Made by a program: the position numbers and the translations under genes. The notes under the pieces are model-generated. The model saw only the letters and a list, made by a program, of their open reading frames with translations, made no database searches and was not told where the DNA came from. From the human T2T-CHM13v2.0 reference genome, Homo sapiens, in the NCBI RefSeq assembly GCF_009914755.1, contig NC_060938.1: a DNA stretch of 64,000 nucleotides. One strand, 5' to 3'. Numbering within the stretch: the first letter of the stretch is position 1; every line of letters starts with the position of its first letter. Shown in pieces: positions 1-19,039 of this stretch.

Positions 1-2993
<2,993 letters not shown>

Positions 2994-4840
2994 AGCTTTG
3001 AATGGTGTGTCTGGATTGTTATTTTTAATTTCATGGTTATTACAGAAAATAATTTAGTTGTGTAGAGGCACAGATATGGTAAAAAAAAAAAAATCTGTTC
3101 TGGCTGTCTAATATGCTATGTATGCAGCTGCCTAATAGAGTCCACTCTGGGGATGGACTTCTGTGTTGTAGGTAGCTTCTGTGTTGACCAAATTATCTTA
3201 ATTTAGTCATAAAAAATTCTACATCCTATTTGGTTACATTATTTTAAGTAGGCTATAGAGCCTTAGGGAGATTTAAAAAAGATATCCACAAACTTAAGTA
3301 GTGGTCAAGATAGGTCCTATATAGAAGGTTAAAAGAAGTGCGATTATTGAAGCTAGAATCAAATGGCTATACTTTGGGAGAGCAGAGTGAACATGGGTAG
3401 CAAATCAAATTTTAGTTTATGAGGGATTTTTGAAGGGAATAATGTTTTTGGAAGGAAAATTACCAATAAGATGGCAAAATGTGGACTAGATGACCAGCCA
3501 GCGTTGGCTGATTATTCTGAAATATTTCAAGGTGAGAGAAGATGCTGATTGATTCTATGTAGGTTTGTTTTTTATTTGACCGAGAGCAAGGTGCTATTTC
3601 AGGTAATTTTTAATGCAGATTGCTGTTCCTGGATTCTGCTTGTCTCAGTGTAACTTTTTTTACTCTGCCCAGCTTCTAAATCTTAGCTTTTTGTTCTACT
3701 ATTTACCTCTGTATTTCTAAATAACATCATCATACTGCAGTTCCTTGGTTTCCAATTTTATAGCTGTCTCTTGACTTCCTAGTATGAGAAATGAAGATTT
3801 AGCCATCTAAAACCTCTTCTCTACCCTTATTTCACTTGCCCTATTATCTCTTAATGCAATTATATTACGTTTTGAAAATTGAGTCATCTTCCCTATATTC
3901 ATGGTGAATATGAAAATCTTATTTTCAGCTGAGCCACATATTTTAAACTTATTGTGTTTCTTAGATTTCCCATAATGATTGCCATGTTTTTGGTGTCTCT
4001 TCACATTTTTCCTTTGGCTTTAATCAGCACCTTGTTCACCTCATCAAACCCTAAAATCTACCCTATCTAGGGCTACGGAATATGAAAAGAAAATAGAATC
4101 TCACCATTTGTTGCCTCTTGCTTTGTTTCAGCCTCCTTACCCAATGTAGGTGTTACTTCCTGGCAGTTTTATTAATAGCTTAGTCTCTCCTGTCCTTGTG
4201 TTTGAAGGCATGCAGTGTAGCTGCTTTGCTAATTTGTGATGGGTTTAGCATCAGATTTTTTGGAATTGGTACTTTTAAAATGTTTTAAAAATATCCTGCC
4301 AAAGAATGGTTAGCTGTCTTTAGATTTAAGTGAAATTCAGTCAACTTTCATATCTCATGCCTTGAATTTTACCTCAAACTTAACTTAAAAAGAAAGTAAA
4401 GGAGTCAGAAGCAATAGTATTCTTACTGTCCTGTTTACTGCATTCATCGGTTCCCAGCTCTGCATACCAGAGCGGGAGAGGAGTTGCAAGACACATTTGG
4501 ACAGCTCTCATCTCCCTACAACTGAGTCAACAGCAGGAGGGTATTTCTTGGAGCGCTGTGGTAACTTTTCCATGAAGCAGGTCTTCTTCCTTAGGAAGGC
4601 TTAGTTGTTGCCTTTATCCCCTCATTTGTTACAGTTAACATCTATAGCCTGATGTTGGCTCTATCACTTCCATCTGTTTTATGAGCTTGCTACTGTTGTT
4701 GCTTTGAAAGGTGGTTTTGTTTATTTGTTACAAATAATTTATCCATTATCATCTTAACCCTCAACTTTAACATTTAAAAATGACATATTGAAGAGCTGTA
4801 TTATCAGTGTTTTTTAGACTGTAGGTTATATACATTTTTA

Positions 4841-5577
<737 letters not shown>

Positions 5578-6064
5578 TTATGTAAAGTATACTGTTAATT
5601 ATGGTAAGAAAAGTTTGAGAAATGCTGCCCTAAACACATAGAAGAAGTCACCGCTCAAATTGTTTCTAAAGTTTAGGGAACATACTTTTAAGGTCTAAGG
5701 GAAATTATGTATGAGCAGAGGTTGGCGTAGCCTCAGGCAAATGGAGAGGTCCTCTAACTTCTTTCTTAGGGTAGGTACAGTATTGTAATGCTTCATGGAA
5801 TTTTCAGTTTCTAAGCCTCATTTTACCAGGAAAAATAGTCATTCCTATTTATTATCTAGGTCCAATGAACCCCTTTATTAAATAATTTTACATTGTTTTT
5901 ATGAATAAGCAGTGTATAAAACAATTTTATTAGAAAATTTAACAGATTTAAATATAGCGCAATCAAATTTTTATTCCATATATTCTTGGTTTAGATGGTG
6001 TCTGTACTCAAAATTGGCAGTGCCCTTCGAATGCAACTAACCACTCATCAGTGGTCACACATGA

Positions 6065-6537
<473 letters not shown>

Positions 6538-6688
6538 TAAGCTTATCATTATCTCTTACTCTTTTTGTCTTTGCTTGATCAAAATTTAAAACCTTTGAAA
6601 ACTTTGATGGCTTGTAATTTGGTTGAAAAGAGGACCACCATCTTTTTTATTCCATAATTGCAAAAGATTCTCACTTTTAGATTTGTGA

Positions 6689-7032
<344 letters not shown>

Positions 7033-7259
7033 AATTGTTCATTTTTACATGATTTTCTCCCTTCCAAATACCTTTATGTGGACACTTGCCAATATCATTT
7101 ATACACTTAAAAAATGTATCAACTAAATTATGGTGCACAAACATCATAAAAGATGAAAGGATGTTGACACACGTACTTTTAGCAAAATGGATGGTCAAGG
7201 TTCTTGTTCCAAATTATTGTGGAATGAAATCTATCTTGTTTAATGACTATCCAGATGAG

Positions 7260-7286
7260 AATATATATATATATATATATATATAT
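7260..7286. repeat. (AT)n microsatellite
   Basis: Direct inspection. Confidence 0.95.
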
Positions 7287-7464
7287 TTGTCCTTAAAAAT
7301 ACATACTTGAGTGACTGCAAATGGGCATGAGGGATCTGCTTTGAAGTGATGAAAATGTTCTGAAATTGGGTTGTGGTGATGATTGCTTAATGATGTAAAT
7401 TTACTAAAAATCATTGAATTGTGCACAATATATTGGTAACTCATAGATTTTTGAGTTTGGGAAG

Positions 7465-8735
7465 TTTTTTGTTTTGTTGTTTAGTTACATGTTAGGTGAA
7501 ACTAACCAAGTGAAGGGGCAAGAGAAGGCAGAGAGATGGTGCTATACACAGCTGATATAGGGTTGGAGGCTGAATGCTACACACCGAGAGAGACAGACAC
7601 ACAGACAGTCTGCTCAGCATGTCAGCCAGGCAGCATTCTGGGACTTGGACAGTTGGTTGGTGTGCCAGAGCCGGCAAGAGGTCTGGCTCAGAGCTGGAGA
7701 GGACCAGGAACCCTGGAGGCTCCCTGGTCCAACGTCCTGGTTGGCATCTGCAGCAGCACCTGGGCTCAGCTCAGATCACTCAGGGTCTTGTGGGCAAATT
7801 TGGGTGGCAGAAAGGCTGCCTCGTGCACATCTGATTTATAGTATTTCAGTTATGTATGTTCCACCAGCTTCTGTGTCAGCTGTCGCACGGACTCCCAGAA
7901 CTTGGTGCTTGGGTTTTGCTGCACATCATGAAGCTAATCTGGCCACTGCGGTAGGTGGGGATGGTGCAGTAGGTGCAGCCCACCATGGGAAAGAGTGGCA
8001 TGCAGAATTGCTGCGTCTTTTTGGTGAGGTCCAGGTACAGCCACTGGCAGTCACCTGGGCAGCAGAGAATGCCATGCTTCTTTAGGGCTGCCCTCCTGAG
8101 GACTGTCTTCATGAACTGGTAGTAGGATTCCTTGAAGAGGTTTTTAGCAAGGCAGTGGGGTCTGAGGAGTCATTGATAACACTGAAGGCATCCTAATTCT
8201 GTTTCATGAATTCAAACCCATCACCCATGTGTAAGTTCAGCTTTGAGCAAAAGTAGCCAACAGCTTTGCCTGGCAGGAACTTCTGAGAGACTTGGATGAC
8301 ATCCTTATCATTCTCACATTGGACCATAGACTTCACAGAGGGGTACTACCTCACCTTGCACAGGATGCCCTTGTTCCTGTCCTCAATAATCACCGCCATT
8401 TGTAGGTTGGGGTGGCTGCAGAGAGGCAGGTTGACTATAATCTCCTGGTAGGAGAACTTGTTCCTCTCTGTATACTGGATGATGCCATCCAACGCCATCA
8501 TGTTGCCATAGGTCTTACTGCAGATGACAAAGGTATCCTAGTACTGTGAGCACTGGTCGGGGGCAGCTGCTCCACCTGCAGTGACAAGGCATGGGTGGGC
8601 CACAGACTGCATGTCTTGCAGAATCAGTCCTATAAATGGCAGTGGGGCCAGAGGCTGGGGGCGGCCATTGGGGCTGGGCTTCATGGCAGGTGATCCACAG
8701 CACTGTGGGACCAGCAGAGCCCAAGCCCACCAATA
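7465..8735 (-). pseudogene. Processed spermidine synthase (SRM) pseudogene
   Basis: Intronless. ATG at 8684 (MKPSPNG vs SRM MEPGPDG). ORF fragment [16 protein letters not shown]...[19 protein letters not shown] matches SRM GVLCCQGECQWLHLDL...YCTIPTYPSGQIGFMLCSK. Ends KTLSDLS* at 7766-7768. Decayed poly(A) at ~7465-7482. TSD GAGTTTGGGRAG at 7453-7464 and 8736-8747. Frameshifts and stops present. Confidence 0.95.
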
Positions 8736-8873
8736 GAGTTTGGGGAGATTAAAAAAAAAACTTTGAAAAGATTAATCTAGGCTATCATTATCTGAGATTT
8801 TACTTACATGATTATTTTTATCATCACAATTAGTGTCTAGAGGGCTACTTTCTGCATCTTTACACTCTTATGA

Positions 8874-9327
<454 letters not shown>

Positions 9328-11702
9328 TAGAAATTGTATTTCTATTTAGAGAGACTAATTTTTGTTTTTAAAAGGAAAAACAATCAGGAGATTGAGTTGT
9401 TAGGAAATTATTAGACATGTATAGCTTGGTGACTCTTTCAACCTTTCAAATGTAAAACATGTTGGCTTTTGGGTTAAAGTACTCTGGTAATTTATCGTTA
9501 TCATGTTCTATGATTGTAACCTAAGTCTCTCTTCTTCTTCTGTCTCCTTATTAACTGAGATATAATTCATGCTTTTAATTTCTCTAAGTCCTTCTACCAT
9601 GAATTTTCTAGCTAAATTAAACGTAGGAAACAATACAATAAGGAAAACATAAACCTAAGAAATATTAGATGTTACATAAACTGTTGGAGATTGTCATTCA
9701 CTCCTATTTTCAGAAATAGAGATTATGATAATTTAAATTTGAAGGAGAATTCATACAATATAATGTATTAAGACATGTTAGCGTTTTCTCTTGAGGTCTC
9801 TCCCAGTTATCTTGGAGTCACATGTATCTGTTAAAATAAATAAATTCATTGGGTATTCCCCATTGTAAAAGTAATATATGTTCATTATAGAAAAATTTTG
9901 AAAATATAAGCAAACAGAAGAAAAATTACCATGTTTCTACTGTTGAGTTATTGATTTTTATAATATAGAAAATCATAAGCCATAAGTGGTCTCTGTTCTT
10001 AGGAAATATAAACCCATCACCCCTATGCTTTTTTTCTTGGCACTTTATTAAATGTCACCTCTCTTCCTCCTGCTTTGGAGTGGCACTGTCTTAAGTTAGG
10101 AAGCCACTGTTACTACTCCCCAAACAGTTCAGCAGATGAAAACTAGATAGTTGGTTCTGTTGGTACAAAATAAAAATATATTTAAACTTTGTTTCTAATA
10201 ATATTAAATTATTTTAACACGATCAGAATGCCCAAAGTAGTCATTATTCTGACGTGAAGGTAATGTTGCCATGGTTTTTTGTTTCTCTTTATAACTGGTT
10301 TTAAATGTAAAAACATAAATCCTAAAGAACAGGAATGGAAAATGGGGATGGTTTTCATTTGCTACAATTTCCTGTGAGACATGGCTCTAAACAAGACCCA
10401 TATTTACACAACTCAATATAGTTTTACATACAGTGTTGTATTCAGCACATTTTAAAATTCTTTAATTTCACTTTTCAGTCATTGGTTTAATACTTTCATA
10501 GTAAATTTGTTTAATAACACTAGGTGAAGTTTGAAATAATTTTTGAATAATTTTACAGTAGAAACACCAGTTAAATCACCCTTTTGGTAATAAATGTCGG
10601 AAAAAAAGTAATTATTTTTGCTGCCACTGCAAAATCAATTGTGTAACTGTTCTTTTTAAACTGACTTTTACATTACTAAATTTTAAACACTCCTGTAACT
10701 TGTCAGAAGCAGGTTTTGGTTAATAGATATTTTCAGTGATGTAATGGGAACTTTTGGCAGTGAGTCAGAATATAATGGACTATGATTAATGTTTTAATAA
10801 GTAGTTTTCTATTGCTCATGATGTAAAGGAGAAATGGTTTCCTGCTTGGATGGATAGGAGAATAGCAGGTGTGCATATAGTGTTTTTAAAAAAGAATTGG
10901 GATACTTTTCTTAGAGTAACATTAACATTTTTATTCGGTTAAAATTTATTATAGAGATGCATATGTTACCACAGAAATCTGAAATTGATTTGGAACAATA
11001 AAATTAGGAGATGATTACCAATGTTGTAGTTAAATCTTTTATTTTTTGGCCTTTTGTTTTCTTTGAAGCTTTAACTTGAGGTCTCTGTAGATTGATCTTG
11101 GTTCTTACTATAAGCTGTAAGGAAATCAGGGATCTCTACAGGGTTTGATGTTTCTGAAATAAATTTCTTAAAACTTCTAGGGGAGGGAGAGGGGACAAAA
11201 AGAAAAAAAAAACTTTCAAGTTTTTCTCTTAAGGCTAGGAAATACAGATTGTTAGTCAAATGGAATAGTGATCAAGTAAGATTTCTCCATTGCCAAGGCC
11301 ACAAGTTCAACGTATAAACTCAGTAGTTCAGAAATTTGGAAAGTTAAACCCAGGAGATTTTGTGTCAGTCTTGGAATCTGAGAAAGTTTATAAAGACAAA
11401 CTGGAAGAAATATTAGTATACCAGACTTGAAGGTTTGATTCACAGTTTGCTTTCATTTTTTTGTGATTTAATTTTGGCAACTTATATGCAGTAAGTATCT
11501 GTTATTTTGTTGTAGGTGAAGAGTCCTAGGGCTCAGTAGATACATTCTACTTGGGAATGGTACTTTACTACCATAGATACTTTCTTTCCCATATTTGTGA
11601 ATAAAATTGAGCATTTGTTCAAATGTACACTTTCCTGGAATAAAGTTTATGGTTTTTATTCCTGTCTCAAAGGGATCCTGATTCCCAATAGAGGACCTAG
11701 AG

Positions 11703-11884
11703 TAGTGGTCTCAAACCATATATCAGAATCACCTAGAGGGTTTTCTAAAACAAAGATTGCTGGGCCCCACCTTCAGAGTTTGTGATTCAGTAGGGCTAGA
11801 GTGAGACCCCAGAATTTCATTTCCAACAAGTTCCTAAGTAATGCTGATGCTGATGGTTAAGGACTATACTTTGAGAACCACTAG
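11703..11884. mobile_element. MER5A-like hAT-Charlie MITE
   Basis: TAGTGGTCTCAAA...TTTGAGAACCACTAG termini, with typical internal CAGAATCACC and GCTGGGCCCCAC motifs. Confidence 0.8.
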
Positions 11885-12223
11885 CTTAATCTTCGTTAAT
11901 AGCCTTCTAGACCTTTTTTGTTATATTGCATATTTTTGTTATTATACATATTTAACAAAAATGCTTCTGTTACATTTGCTACCTGTCTTAACCTACTATA
12001 TCTTATCTTTACATTTTATACTTTACATTAATACTTTAAATGATACATGTTTATCCATTGCATCATTTACAGTATTTCATAACATAATTTATTTAACCAG
12101 TCTTCAATTAGACATTTAGGTCAGTTTTCATTTGTTGTTTTTATAAATAGAATCTTGCTAAATTTTTATGTGATCTTCTAATTATTTCATTAGCAAAAAA
12201 TCCCTGGATTAACGGATGGACAT

Positions 12224-12478
12224 GGCATGGCACGGTGGCTCACGCCTGTAATCCCAGTACTTTGAGAGGCTGAGGCAGGCGGATTACTTGAGGCCAGGAG
12301 TTTGAGACCAGCTTGGGCAATATGGTGGAACCTTGTTTCCACAAAAAATAAAAAAAATTAGCCAGGTGTGGTGGTGTGCATCTGTAATCCCAGCTACTCT
12401 GCAGGCTGAGAACCCAGGACTGCACTCCAACCTGGATGACAGAGCGAGACTGTCTTAAAACAAAACAAAACAAGATAA
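12224..12478 (+). mobile_element. AluJ-like with an internal deletion in the right arm
   Basis: Complete left arm, shortened right arm, (AAAAC)n tail. Confidence 0.88.
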
Positions 12479-13545
12479 AAACAGTAGATATATTTATAAG
12501 GCCCATTTGAGGTGTAAGTGACTTAACATCCCTGGCACTTGAACACTAATGAATATTATGACTGCCACTTTAAAGGAGGCAGAAGAAGTTTAAAAAGTAA
12601 AACAAAAAGTTTGTTTCAGAAAACAAGCATTTTACCTCTGTTTCAAATAGTCTAATTTTTTTAGTGATGAAAACTTCTGAGACCAGTAGATGTTTGTAAA
12701 TAAAAAACATTTATGGCAGTCTTTGTAACTGTAATGAAACTGGTAGAGAGTAATAATAGCCTGTTTTTTGTTTGTTTGTTTGCTTTGGGGGATATTTGCA
12801 ATACAGTTTATTGATATGTCACATACATGTAAAGTTTATAATTCACCCCAGAATTTATATTACTAAGTTTGTGCTAGTATTAAAGAGCTTTTCAAATTCA
12901 GTGCCTGTTTAAAAAAAAAAAAAAAAAACTGTACTCCATGCCTTGAAAATAGCAAAACTGTGATATAGATTAAGGTGGGGAAGCATTTTTTTTTCTATTT
13001 AGAGCTATAATAAGAAAAAATAAATTGAGACAGTGGTTTTTAATTTGAAAAAGAGAAATGAAATATTTATTCATCTACTTTTAAAATGAAGAAACAATAA
13101 TATGTATGTGAAATCTTTCTTCTGTACTGTAAAACTAGCTACACAAATAACATCACCCTCCCTTGACTCTCAAAATAAAATACTAAACCCATACAGAGAA
13201 AACTACTCTGAAAGACAGCTCCACAGATGAGGTCACTGAAAGGTGTCCAACATTGGGGATGTTGGGTAAAGCAAGGCAGGGAATGGGTGAGTGAGGGCAA
13301 AAGCTGACAACTTGGAAACATATTAAAAGTAGGTACTAGATCAAATTCAGTCTGTCCTGTTGCATTGCCTATTTCTAGAACGCATATTTATAACATGAAT
13401 TAGCTCACACATGAATGGTAAATAGTGGAATGATATCTGTATAATGTAGATTCCATATTGTAGAAGCTATTTTGTTTGCACATGATTTTTCCCAGTAAGT
13501 AAATGTGTTACATTGTTAATTAATAATAGCAGCTGAACTCAGATA

Positions 13546-13931
13546 CAGTTGGCTGTCCATTCATGGGTCCACATCCATAGATTCAACTAACGGCAAATTG
13601 AAAGTATTTGGGGAGAAAAACAATAGTTGGGCCTACATTGAATGTGTACAGACTTTTTTCTTGTCATTATTCCCTAAACAATACACGACAACACCTATTT
13701 ACATAGCATTTATAATACGTTGTATTAGGTATTATAACTAACCAAGTATATGCTCCCTGGTGTCCAGGGGGGTGAAAAATAAATTAAATAAATAAAGTAT
13801 ATGAGAAGATATGCACAGGTTATATGGAAATACAGTGCCATTTTATATAAGGGACTTAAGCATCTGCAGATTTTGGTATCCTGGGGGTGGGGTTCTGGAA
13901 GCAATCCCCCACAGATGCTAAGGGATGACTG
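13546..13931. mobile_element. MER2-like TcMar-Tigger element
   Basis: TA|CAGTTG...ACTG|TA termini and a MER2-like body. Confidence 0.8.
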
Positions 13932-14692
13932 TATATGGAAACAAAAACACAATGGGATGCATGAAGCCACAGAGGAGTAAAGAGAGTGCTGTACAGGATG
14001 TCTAGTTATACCATGTTCTTCCTTTTGGCTTAGTTTTGCCATGCATCCTGTCTTGGAAGTGCTACTTGTGGAATTCTTCCCAAGTTTTGCTCATTTTGCT
14101 TGTTTTTATAACTTAGCAACCTTATCCCTTCCTTACACTTCCTTCCATCAGGTTACATTCACTTTTTTCTTACGTTTCTTATAAAACCTATATTTACTGT
14201 ATCATCTGTTTATTTGGAACTTAACCAAGCTTTAAAAAATCAACTGTGTTAATACTTTTTGGAGGAATAATTAATGTTTTTGTTGGGTCCCTGGTTATGT
14301 TATCTTTCATGTCTGGCTTCTTTCATGTTTTTGAGATTTATATTGTAGATTTTGTGTGGACTGTCCCCGATTTCACTTCTAACTTTTAAGTTCACATTTG
14401 GCAGAATATAAGATCTTTCAAGAAAAATTATGTTATCACAGAAATGCCAGAGTAATGTTATAGAACTCTGGATCATAGAGTAGGTCAGTCAGAAGCACTT
14501 TAGCACATAGAATTGCTCAGTGTAAGAGGAGATCTTTTGATGGAAATTCAGTCATGATTGTGGACTTTCATCACAATACTGTTCATTTGGCCCTACTCTC
14601 TGGTTAGAAATCCCTAGTAGTTAAAAGGTCTTCTCCAGTTATGAGGTAAACTCATTACCTCAGAAATCACCCTTATTCTACCCACAAAGAGT

Positions 14693-15645
14693 TGTTGAAA
14701 GAGATATGAAAAAAACAAAATGCGCTTCCTACTCTCACACACCACAGTCAATACTTCTGACGACAGGTGTTGTGGGGTTTTCCCCCCACACACCAACCAA
14801 AGCAGTTCTCCAGTCCAGTAGACACCAACTGGGCGTCCTCTAATTCAGTTCTGTTCTGACACTGTCTATCTGAAGATAGTATCATATACCACAGGTTAAG
14901 GGCTCAGTCCCATAAGACTGCCCTCCACTTCAGATGCCAGTCACCAGTAGTAGGTTCTTACCTATACTTCCGACCAAACCAGATATAAATTGGGGGTTCC
15001 CACAAACCATTCGTCAGTTTTGATTAATTTGCTAGGGCGGCTCACAGAACTCAAGGAAACACTTTACTTATGTTTATCCAACTATTATAAGGGATATTAC
15101 AGAGGATATACGTGAACAGCCAGATGGAAGAGGTGCATAGTTGGGGAGCACAGAGCTTCCATGCCCTCTGACATGCCACGCACCCGCCACGGATCTCCAC
15201 AAGTTCAGCTGTGCAGAAGCTCATCCCAACTCTGTCATTTTGGATTTTTATGAAGGCTTAATTATGTAGGCTCTGTTGATTATATCATTGGCCATTGGTG
15301 ATTAACTCAACCTTCAGCCTCCTCCCTTCCCTAGAGGTCAGAGGGTGAGGCTAGAAGTTCCAGCCTGCTAACTGCATGGTTGGTTCCCCTTGTGAACCAA
15401 CCCCATCCTGAGGCCATTCAGGAACCCATAAGATTTGCTTCCTTCAAACAAAAGATGCTCCTATTACCCAGGAAATTCTAAGGCATTTAGGAGCTCTGTG
15501 TCAAGAAATGGAGTCAAAGACCAAATATTAGAACAAAAGATTCTCCTTGCCACCCTATCTATAAGTTTATTAGCCCTGTGCCAGGGACTGTGGGCAAAGA
15601 CCAATATGTATGGTTCTTATTATTTCAAAGTTAATTTACATGTTC
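14693..15645 (-). mobile_element. MER21-like LTR
   Basis: Characteristic motifs AATACTTCTGAC...GGGGTTTTCCCCCCACACACCAA and GGCTCACAGAACTCAAGGAAACACTTTACTTA. Boundaries approximate. Confidence 0.7.
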
Positions 15646-15984
15646 AAAAGGAAAACTATATCTTCTGACTTGATGTGGGCCTTCTTGAGATACATCTCCT
15701 TTATCAGAGGTCATCCTTTGGGACCTATTGCTTATTTGGCCCTGTAAAAGGCACTCAGCCTGGGATACTGTTTGAGGTTTAGACTCAAGACAAAGGGTAG
15801 ACATGCAGAGTCTATGATGCTCTACCCAATTTCGTTAATTTTAGTGTGCTACTACCAAAGACTTAAAGCTACTTTTAAAAACTTTATTGAAGTAAAATTT
15901 ACATACCACAAAGGTAACGCATTTTAAATATATGATTCAGTGATTTTTGGTAAATTTACCAAGTTGTACAACCATCACTACAAT

Positions 15985-16491
15985 CAGGGCCAACTTCATG
16001 TATGTGTAACCAGTACAGTCTCACAGGGCCCCATGCCCAGAAAGGAGCCCTGAATTCACAAGGGTGCCCTGTACTTGGAGTTTAATACTCTGTGGTTGTC
16101 ATCTTGAATTCTTAATAATTTTATGTTTAGATTTATCGTTTTGTAAGTAAAGTCTGATGGGACAATTGAACATGCTCTAGGGGCTTTGAACCACGTATTC
16201 TTCCCACCTTGAGACATGTTTTCGACCACCTTCTTTCTGTTTCTGCTCATTGTTGCTGCCTCTACCCACGGTGAGGCTGTGGACACAGGGAAGGTCAGGA
16301 CTGGATGTATGTGCCTTGTGTGCCTCTGAGGGTCTGCATTTACCCAATGAGTATCTCATGACTGAGGGATACAGCATTAAATAGCAAATAAAGTACCATA
16401 ACAGGTCAAGAGAGAGACCCTAGAAGAAAGGAAAAAAATGTTTTCCTGCTTTTTAAACAAAGTGCCTGCATTTTATTTTGTACCAAACCTG
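15985..16491. mobile_element. MER45-like hAT-Tip100 element
   Basis: Begins CAGGGCCAACTTCATG and ends CCTG. 8-bp TSD ACTACAAT/ACTACAGT at 15977-15984 and 16492-16499. Confidence 0.78.
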
Positions 16492-17386
16492 ACTACAGTC
16501 CAGTTTTAGAACCTTCGACAACCCCAAAAGATCCATCATGTTAGTTTATAGTTAGCCCCCTTTCCCATCACCAGACTTGGGCAACCACTTAGCTCTTTTT
16601 TGTCTCCACAGACTTGCCTATTCTAGACATGTGATACAAATGGAATCATAAGTATGTGGTTTTTGTGTCTGGTTTCTTTCATGTTTCTGAGGTTCATATT
16701 GTAGTATATATATCCATGTTTCATTTCTTTTTATTGCTGAATAATACTCCATTGAATGGATATACTACACGTTATCTATTTGCTTATCCATTCATCAGTT
16801 GATGGACTTTTTGATTATTGCCACTTTTTGGACACCATTAATAATGCTGCTATAAATATTCATACTGTTTGCATGTATGTTTTCATATATCTTGGATATA
16901 TACTTAGGAATGAATGCTGGATCATGTAACAAATTTGTATTTAACTTTTCAGAAACTGCCAAACTGTTTTATAAAGTGGCTGTACATTTTACATTCCTAC
17001 TGGCATGAGGGTTTCCATTTTCCACATCCTCAGCAATGTTTATTATTGTCATTTTGATTATAACCATTGTTGCGAGTAAAAATTGGTATCTCATTAATTT
17101 GTCTTTCCCTCATGGTTAATGATATTGAGCTTCTTTTTATGTGTTTATTACCCATCCATATATCTTCTTTGGTATGATGTCTGTTCAGATCTTTTACTCA
17201 TTTTAAAGTTGGGTCATTTGTTTTATTATAAAGTTACAAAAAGTTATTTTTTGATTATGTGATTTTTTAAATAAAAAAATTAATAGTTAAAAAAAGAATG
17301 TCATTTTACAAAGCACTTGCCATATATATATATCTTATAATTCTTTATATATTCTGGATATCAGCATTTTATTAAATATAATCTGT

Positions 17387-17765
<379 letters not shown>

Positions 17766-18727
17766 TTATTTTTTAATGATGTTTCTTGAAGTATAACACA
17801 TTGAATTTTGATGAAATTCAGCTTACCAATTTTTTCTTTTATGGATCATGCTTTTGGTGTTGTATCTAAGACACTTTTGCCTAACCAAAGGCCAAGAAGA
17901 TTTCCTCTTATGTTTTCCTGTAAAAGTTTTGTAATATTACCTCTTACATTTGGGCCTCAGATCCATGTTAAATTAATTTTTGTATGTGGTGTGGGCTAAA
18001 GGTCCAAGTTCATCATTTTTGCACAGAGATACCCAATGGTCCCAGTACCATTTGTTGAAAAGAATATTCTTTCCTCACTGAACTCCCTTTAAAACCATGT
18101 GTTTTGCCTATTATCCCCAGTAATTCCTAGTATAAGCAAAGCTTTTTGATTATCGAGTCCTGAACGTTTTCTTGACCTGGGGAATATTGCCTTTTCTTTT
18201 CCTGAATTACACATTTAGCTGTGAGCCTATCTGTAATAATAATAGTGAGCATTAGACAGAAGTGTTTGTTAACTCTGAGGAATTTCTAATTTTAAATAAG
18301 AAAATTATGAGGAAACATTTTATATCTTTCCTGTCAATTTATAATTAAATTTTGAAATAAGTATTTATTATTACTGTTTTACATCTAGAAGGGTCTCTGA
18401 TTCCCAAGCCATGAAACATTCTGACAGGAACCACCCTCTTTCAACCTAAAACAAACAAACACCTAACCTTCTAATGCCAAAAGGTCTTAATTTTATTTCA
18501 CTCTTTAAACTCAAATTGTTTGCATTCAGAGGTCAGAAAAATATAACATGCTTTGGTAAAGTAAAACTGGCTTCCTTAATTACTTTTCCAGGTCAAAAAG
18601 TAGAGGTCATTGAGGCAGTGTTTAGTTTTAGTTGTGTTACAAACACTATCATCAGTCAATTCCAGAGTATTTGCTTAAGAGGATATCCTCCTTCGAGATC
18701 TTTATTACTAAAGATTCTTCTTCCGTC

Positions 18728-18728
<1 letters not shown>

Positions 18729-18778
<50 letters not shown>

Positions 18779-18779
18779 T
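18729..18779. repeat. (TTA)n microsatellite
   Basis: About 16 perfect units; source of the poly-Leu in ORF 18474-18803. Confidence 0.96.
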
Positions 18780-19039
18780 GAGTCTATTTCCTTCTCTAGA
18801 TAAGCTTTTCTAAGTCTGGGAACATCTCTTGTTCATTTTTGTTTCTCCATCTCACTATACTCTACCCTGTCCCCTCATACCTCATCCCACAATGCCTTGA
18901 TGGCACAGATGTTCTGAAATGACTTCTTAAACTGAAGAGAATTTAAGAGATATAATGGAGAGAAGTATGATATTGCCAAGTGCCAAGATTCTCCTTCCTT
19001 CTGAAGTATATTAAATGTAATTGTGCTGGGTGGAAGAAT

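Noticed and set aside
7536-8085. Overlapping + strand ORFs of 86-146 aa
   Set aside because: Antisense shadows of the GC-rich SRM pseudogene.
18474-18803. ORF with poly-Leu, resembling a transmembrane segment
   Set aside because: Produced by the (TTA)n microsatellite.
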